In this document: piece after piece, positions 60,987 through 64,000 of the stretch
Layout of the letters: the number at the start of each line of letters is the position of its first letter
Numbering within the stretch: position 1 is the first letter of the stretch
DNA from: a virus
Taxonomy: Duplodnaviria > Caudoviricetes
Length of the DNA stretch: 64,000 nucleotides
Reading direction: 5' to 3' (one strand)
Virus record (IMG/VR): IMGVR_UViG_3300017766_003652
Location: 1 to 64,000 of that record
Made by a program: the position numbers and the translations under genes
Notes under the pieces: model-generated
What the model was told of the DNA's origin: nothing
What the model saw: the letters and a program-made list of their open reading frames with translations, nothing else
The model's database searches: none

Positions 60987-61352
60987 ATGCGACTCGAGAA
61001 CATTCTTCAACAGACTACCCCGGTTCGGCTCGACAAGCCTCGCCGGATGCTCATCACCCTGAACTCCCTGGCTGAGGTGGAAACCACAACCGGGCGTTCG
61101 ATCCTCATCCCCGGCGACCTCGGTAAGCCGTCCGCCAAGATCCTGTTCACCATGATTGCCGCGTTCTGTCGGCATGAGGACCCGGAGGTTACGGTCGCTC
61201 AGATCGCCCGCGGGTTCAACATGCAGCGGATGCCGGAGCTCATGAAGGCTATCACCGGGGCCTGGGAAAAGAACGCGGCCGGTACTCCTGCCGCCAAGGC
61301 GGACCCCACCGGAAATTTTCCTCCGGCGGCTCTGGAAGCGGTGTCCGCCTAA
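60987..61352 (+). CDS. tail assembly chaperone (G)
   Basis: LDKPRRML.TLNSLAE.E...HEDPEVT; located between tube and tape measure genes. Confidence 0.85.
   Translation: MRLENILQQTTPVRLDKPRRMLITLNSLAEVETTTGRSILIPGDLGKPSAKILFTMIAAFCRHEDPEVTVAQIARGFNMQRMPELMKAITGAWEKNAAGTPAAKADPTGNFPPAALEAVSA
61313..61319 (+). other. programmed -1 frameshift slippery site A AAT TTT
   Basis: in-frame X XXY YYZ heptamer; the -1 frame is open to 61741. Confidence 0.85.
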
Positions 61353-61741
61353 ACTGGTACGAGCTGTGGGCCCTGGCTCGCTATGATCTGGGGCTAACCG
61401 ACACAGAGTTCTGGCAACTAACCCCGAAGCAGTTATTCGCTTTGATCGACCGCAAAAAAGCGGCGGATAAAGCGGAGGACTACCGCTTCGGGGTTATTGC
61501 GTCCACGCTTTGTAACCTCCAGCGGAATCCCAAGAAGCAAAAGAAGGCCTTCGAACCGAGTGACTTCTTTCTCAGCCTCAAGGATAAAGATGCCGCGGAT
61601 AAGAAACAGACGTGGAAGCAGCACCTCGCCATCGCGACCCAGCTCCATGCCCTGTTCAAGGGCGTAGGCAAACCAAAGCCGCAGGAAGATACAACGCCGC
61701 AAGTAGTAGAAGCCCCCAAACAGAAACGGTCCAGAAAGTAA
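61313..61741 (+). CDS. tail assembly chaperone GT extension (-1 frame)
   Basis: NWYELWALARYDLGLTDTEFWQLTPKQ...RFGVIAS.LCN. Confidence 0.85.
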   Translation, partial: KFSSGGSGSGVRLNWYELWALARYDLGLTDTEFWQLTPKQLFALIDRKKAADKAEDYRFGVIASTLCNLQRNPKKQKKAFEPSDFFLSLKDKDAADKKQTWKQHLAIATQLHALFKGVGKPKPQEDTTPQVVEAPKQKRSRK

Positions 61742-61753
61742 GCCGGAGGCAGC

Positions 61754-64000
61754 ATGGCAGAGATAGATGTCGGTCGAATGTTCATCAGGCTCGGACTCGA
61801 GCTCGAAGAGTTCTCAAACGGTCTGCAACAGGTTGAGCAGGAGTTAGAGAAACGGGCGATGGCCTTTGGGAAGCTGGGCATCGGACTCTCCGCTGCTCTC
61901 ACTGCTCCTCTCGCGGGCCTCGCCTCTGAGGGGTTGTCTACCCTGGCTAGCTTTGAGAAGGAGATGAACAAGGTCTCCGCGGTCGGTGGCATCTTTGGGG
62001 AGGATCTAAAGAAGCTGACCGCTCAGGCCATGATGCTTGGTGATACCACGGTATACAGTTCCAAGCAGGCCGCAGCGGCCATGGGAGAACTCGCCGCCGC
62101 TGGCTTCAAATCCAACGAAGTCTACTCTGCCATGCCCGGCGTTCTATCCCTGGCCGCTGTCGAGGGAATGAAGATCGGGGATGCCGCCAAGATCGCCGCG
62201 GCTGCGATCAATCAATTCGGGTTCGAGGCCAAGGATATGGGCATGATTGCCGATACAATGGCAGCCACCTCCTCCGCCTCGGCCACCTCAGTACAGGCCC
62301 TCGGAAATTCGTTCCAGTATATTGGCTCCGTATCCCGCACCACCAATCAGAGTTTCAAGGATATCTCTGCCGCGTTGGGCGCCCTCGCTCAGGCCGGCCG
62401 TACCGGAGAGTCAGCCGGTACCGCCCTGCGTTCCATGCTTATGTCCCTGCAGGACCCGAGCAAGCGAGGTACTGCCGCCCTCAAGGCCCTCAAGGAATCA
62501 GTGTATGAAGCCAATGGGCAGCTGAAGCCCATGGGGGAACTCATCCGTATCCTTCAGCCTCTGATGGACGATGCCCAGAAAGGCATCGCTATCTTTGGTA
62601 AGCGGTGGAGCGACGTCTCCGCCCTCCTCCAGGATGGGGGCAAGAACTTCTACGCGATTTCAAAGGGCCTGGAGGATGTCACCGGGTCCTCTAAGAAAGC
62701 CGCGGATATCATGCAGCAGGGGCTCGCTGGAGCCTTTGAGAAACTGACCAGCTCTTTGGAAGGGGTTAACCTCCGCATCGGTAAGATCCTGGCCCCGATC
62801 GCCATGGAACTGATGAAGATGGCCACCGCCGTATCCGATGCGGTCAGCAAGTCTCTGGACGAGTTTGTCAAGCTCGACCCCATGATTCAGAATGCCGTAC
62901 TTGGGTTCGCCGCCCTCCTGGCAGCCCTGGGTCCGGTATCCCTGGCGATCGCTGGATTCTACGCAGCCCTGGCTACCCTGGCAACCACTCTCCCGGCCGT
63001 CACCGCTATGTTCGGAGCCGGAGGAGCCGGGCTGGCCGCTATGGCTACGGCAGGGACCGCGGTCGGTGTAGCTCTTGCCGGGTGGGAGCTGTACAAGATC
63101 TACAAAGACCTGGTGGAACTCAAGGATAGCGTCCAGGCTCTCACCTCTGAATTCGTTAACTGGAGCAAGTCGCTGGAGATTGCGACCATTATCGCGGAGG
63201 GCCTCTGGAAGATCCTTCTTGAGCTACCTCCTGGCTTTGTGCCGTTCATCTCCATCCTGAAAGTCGCTGGGATGGAGACCGGCGGGTTCGTGAACTTCAT
63301 CCGCACTTTGTATGAGGGGTTGAAGAAGCTGGCCTCGGATATCGGCAACCCGGTCGGGGCCATCGTGAAGACCCTCCTCCAGCTATCCGAGTCCATGCGC
63401 AAGGCCTTTGGGGATGGAGGAGCCGAGAACGCCAAGGCCATGGCGGATGGCGCAAACAGCGTCATGCGCAACATGATGATGAACTCGGAAACCGTGGCCA
63501 AAGGCCTGGAGGCCATGACCATCCGGGTTAAGGAGGTCATCAAGAAAGAGAAGGCCAACGTCGACGACCGGGGCAAACTGCTTGACGAGGAGGACAAGCA
63601 AACCAAGAAGAAAAAGAAGATAGTCGACGAGGAGATGGTGACTATTAAGGCCGCTCTTGCCTCTAAGGAGGCTATGGCCAAGGTCGATGCAGCCATCATT
63701 GACTTCCAGGTCCGTGCCCACAAGCAACTATCTACTGATGTGCACGATGCCCTACGCAAGGTCATTCTGGACTGGGAAGCCCTCCATGCCATGATTGGGG
63801 ACACCTCGGCCTGGAAGAAACTGACCCCGGTCATGGAAGAGGTTATGAAGGGGATTGCCAAGCCCCTGGAGGATGCAGTCGCTCATACCAAGGCTTTGGA
63901 TGACGCATTCAAGAACCTTGGGGTAAAGTCGGTTGAATCCCTCCGGGCTGTCCGGGATCAGGCGATTGAATCCCAACGGGCCATTCAAGCGGCCATGGAT
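61754..64000 (+). CDS. tape measure protein, TP901-like (partial, runs off the window)
   Basis: GGAGG RBS; FEKEMNKV.A, GDTT.YSS..AA.AM..LAAAG, MPGVLSLAA; frame open to 64000. Confidence 0.92.
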   Translation, partial: MAEIDVGRMFIRLGLELEEFSNGLQQVEQELEKRAMAFGKLGIGLSAALTAPLAGLASEGLSTLASFEKEMNKVSAVGGIFGEDLKKLTAQAMMLGDTTVYSSKQAAAAMGELAAAGFKSNEVYSAMPGVLSLAAVEGMKIGDAAKIAAAAINQFGFEAKDMGMIADTMAATSSASATSVQALGNSFQYIGSVSRTTNQSFKDISAALGALAQAGRTGESAGTALRSMLMSLQDPSKRGTAALKALKESVYEANGQLKPMGELIRILQPLMDDAQKGIAIFGKRWSDVSALLQDGGKNFYAISKGLEDVTGSSKKAADIMQQGLAGAFEKLTSSLEGVNLRIGKILAPIAMELMKMATAVSDAVSKSLDEFVKLDPMIQNAVLGFAALLAALGPVSLAIAGFYAALATLATTLPAVTAMFGAGGAGLAAMATAGTAVGVALAGWELYKIYKDLVELKDSVQALTSEFVNWSKSLEIATIIAEGLWKILLELPPGFVPFISILKVAGMETGGFVNFIRTLYEGLKKLASDIGNPVGAIVKTLLQLSESMRKAFGDGGAENAKAMADGANSVMRNMMMNSETVAKGLEAMTIRVKEVIKKEKANVDDRGKLLDEEDKQTKKKKKIVDEEMVTIKAALASKEAMAKVDAAIIDFQVRAHKQLSTDVHDALRKVILDWEALHAMIGDTSAWKKLTPVMEEVMKGIAKPLEDAVAHTKALDDAFKNLGVKSVESLRAVRDQAIESQRAIQAAMD

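Noticed and set aside
3640-63861. Long minus-strand ORFs (e.g. 3640-4560, 10302-11282, 44091-44990, 54833-55834, 63100-63861)
   Set aside because: They lie antisense to well-supported + strand genes, lack motifs and RBS, and are the expected shadow frames of GC-rich coding DNA.
1-64000. tRNA, tmRNA or rRNA genes, DGR/retron, transposase, integrase, intein, homing endonuclease
   Set aside because: No cloverleaf with a T-loop consensus, RT motifs, DDE or tyrosine-recombinase motifs, or intein/HNH signatures were seen by eye; tRNAscan and HMM searches are still needed to be certain.

Overview
This window is a 64 kb fragment of a large, GC-rich tailed dsDNA phage. The HK97-type head, TP901-like tape measure and frameshifted tail chaperone suggest a siphovirus. 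Almost every credible gene is on the + strand; the one clear exception is 20727-21227. Left (1-16.3 kb): recombination and replication genes (RecA, DnaX-like clamp loader, fused SbcD-SbcC, Holliday junction resolvase, ATP-dependent ligase), 7-deazaguanine (preQ0) synthesis genes queD, queE and queC, and a vWA protein. Middle (16-47 kb): about 70 small accessory ORFs, punctuated by a repeated ~70 bp promoter module that typically starts leaderless genes. This region also holds a cluster of signal-peptide proteins with virion-like domains, a PAS-domain membrane protein, and a tail-chaperone/methyltransferase fusion. Right (47.6-64 kb): terminase, a sigma factor, portal, amidase, a MuF-ADP-ribosyltransferase, protease, capsid, neck and tail genes, and the 5' part of the tape measure gene. 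No tRNA, rRNA, CRISPR array, integrase, transposase or reverse transcriptase was recognised. All family calls come from motif reading by eye; no database searches were run.
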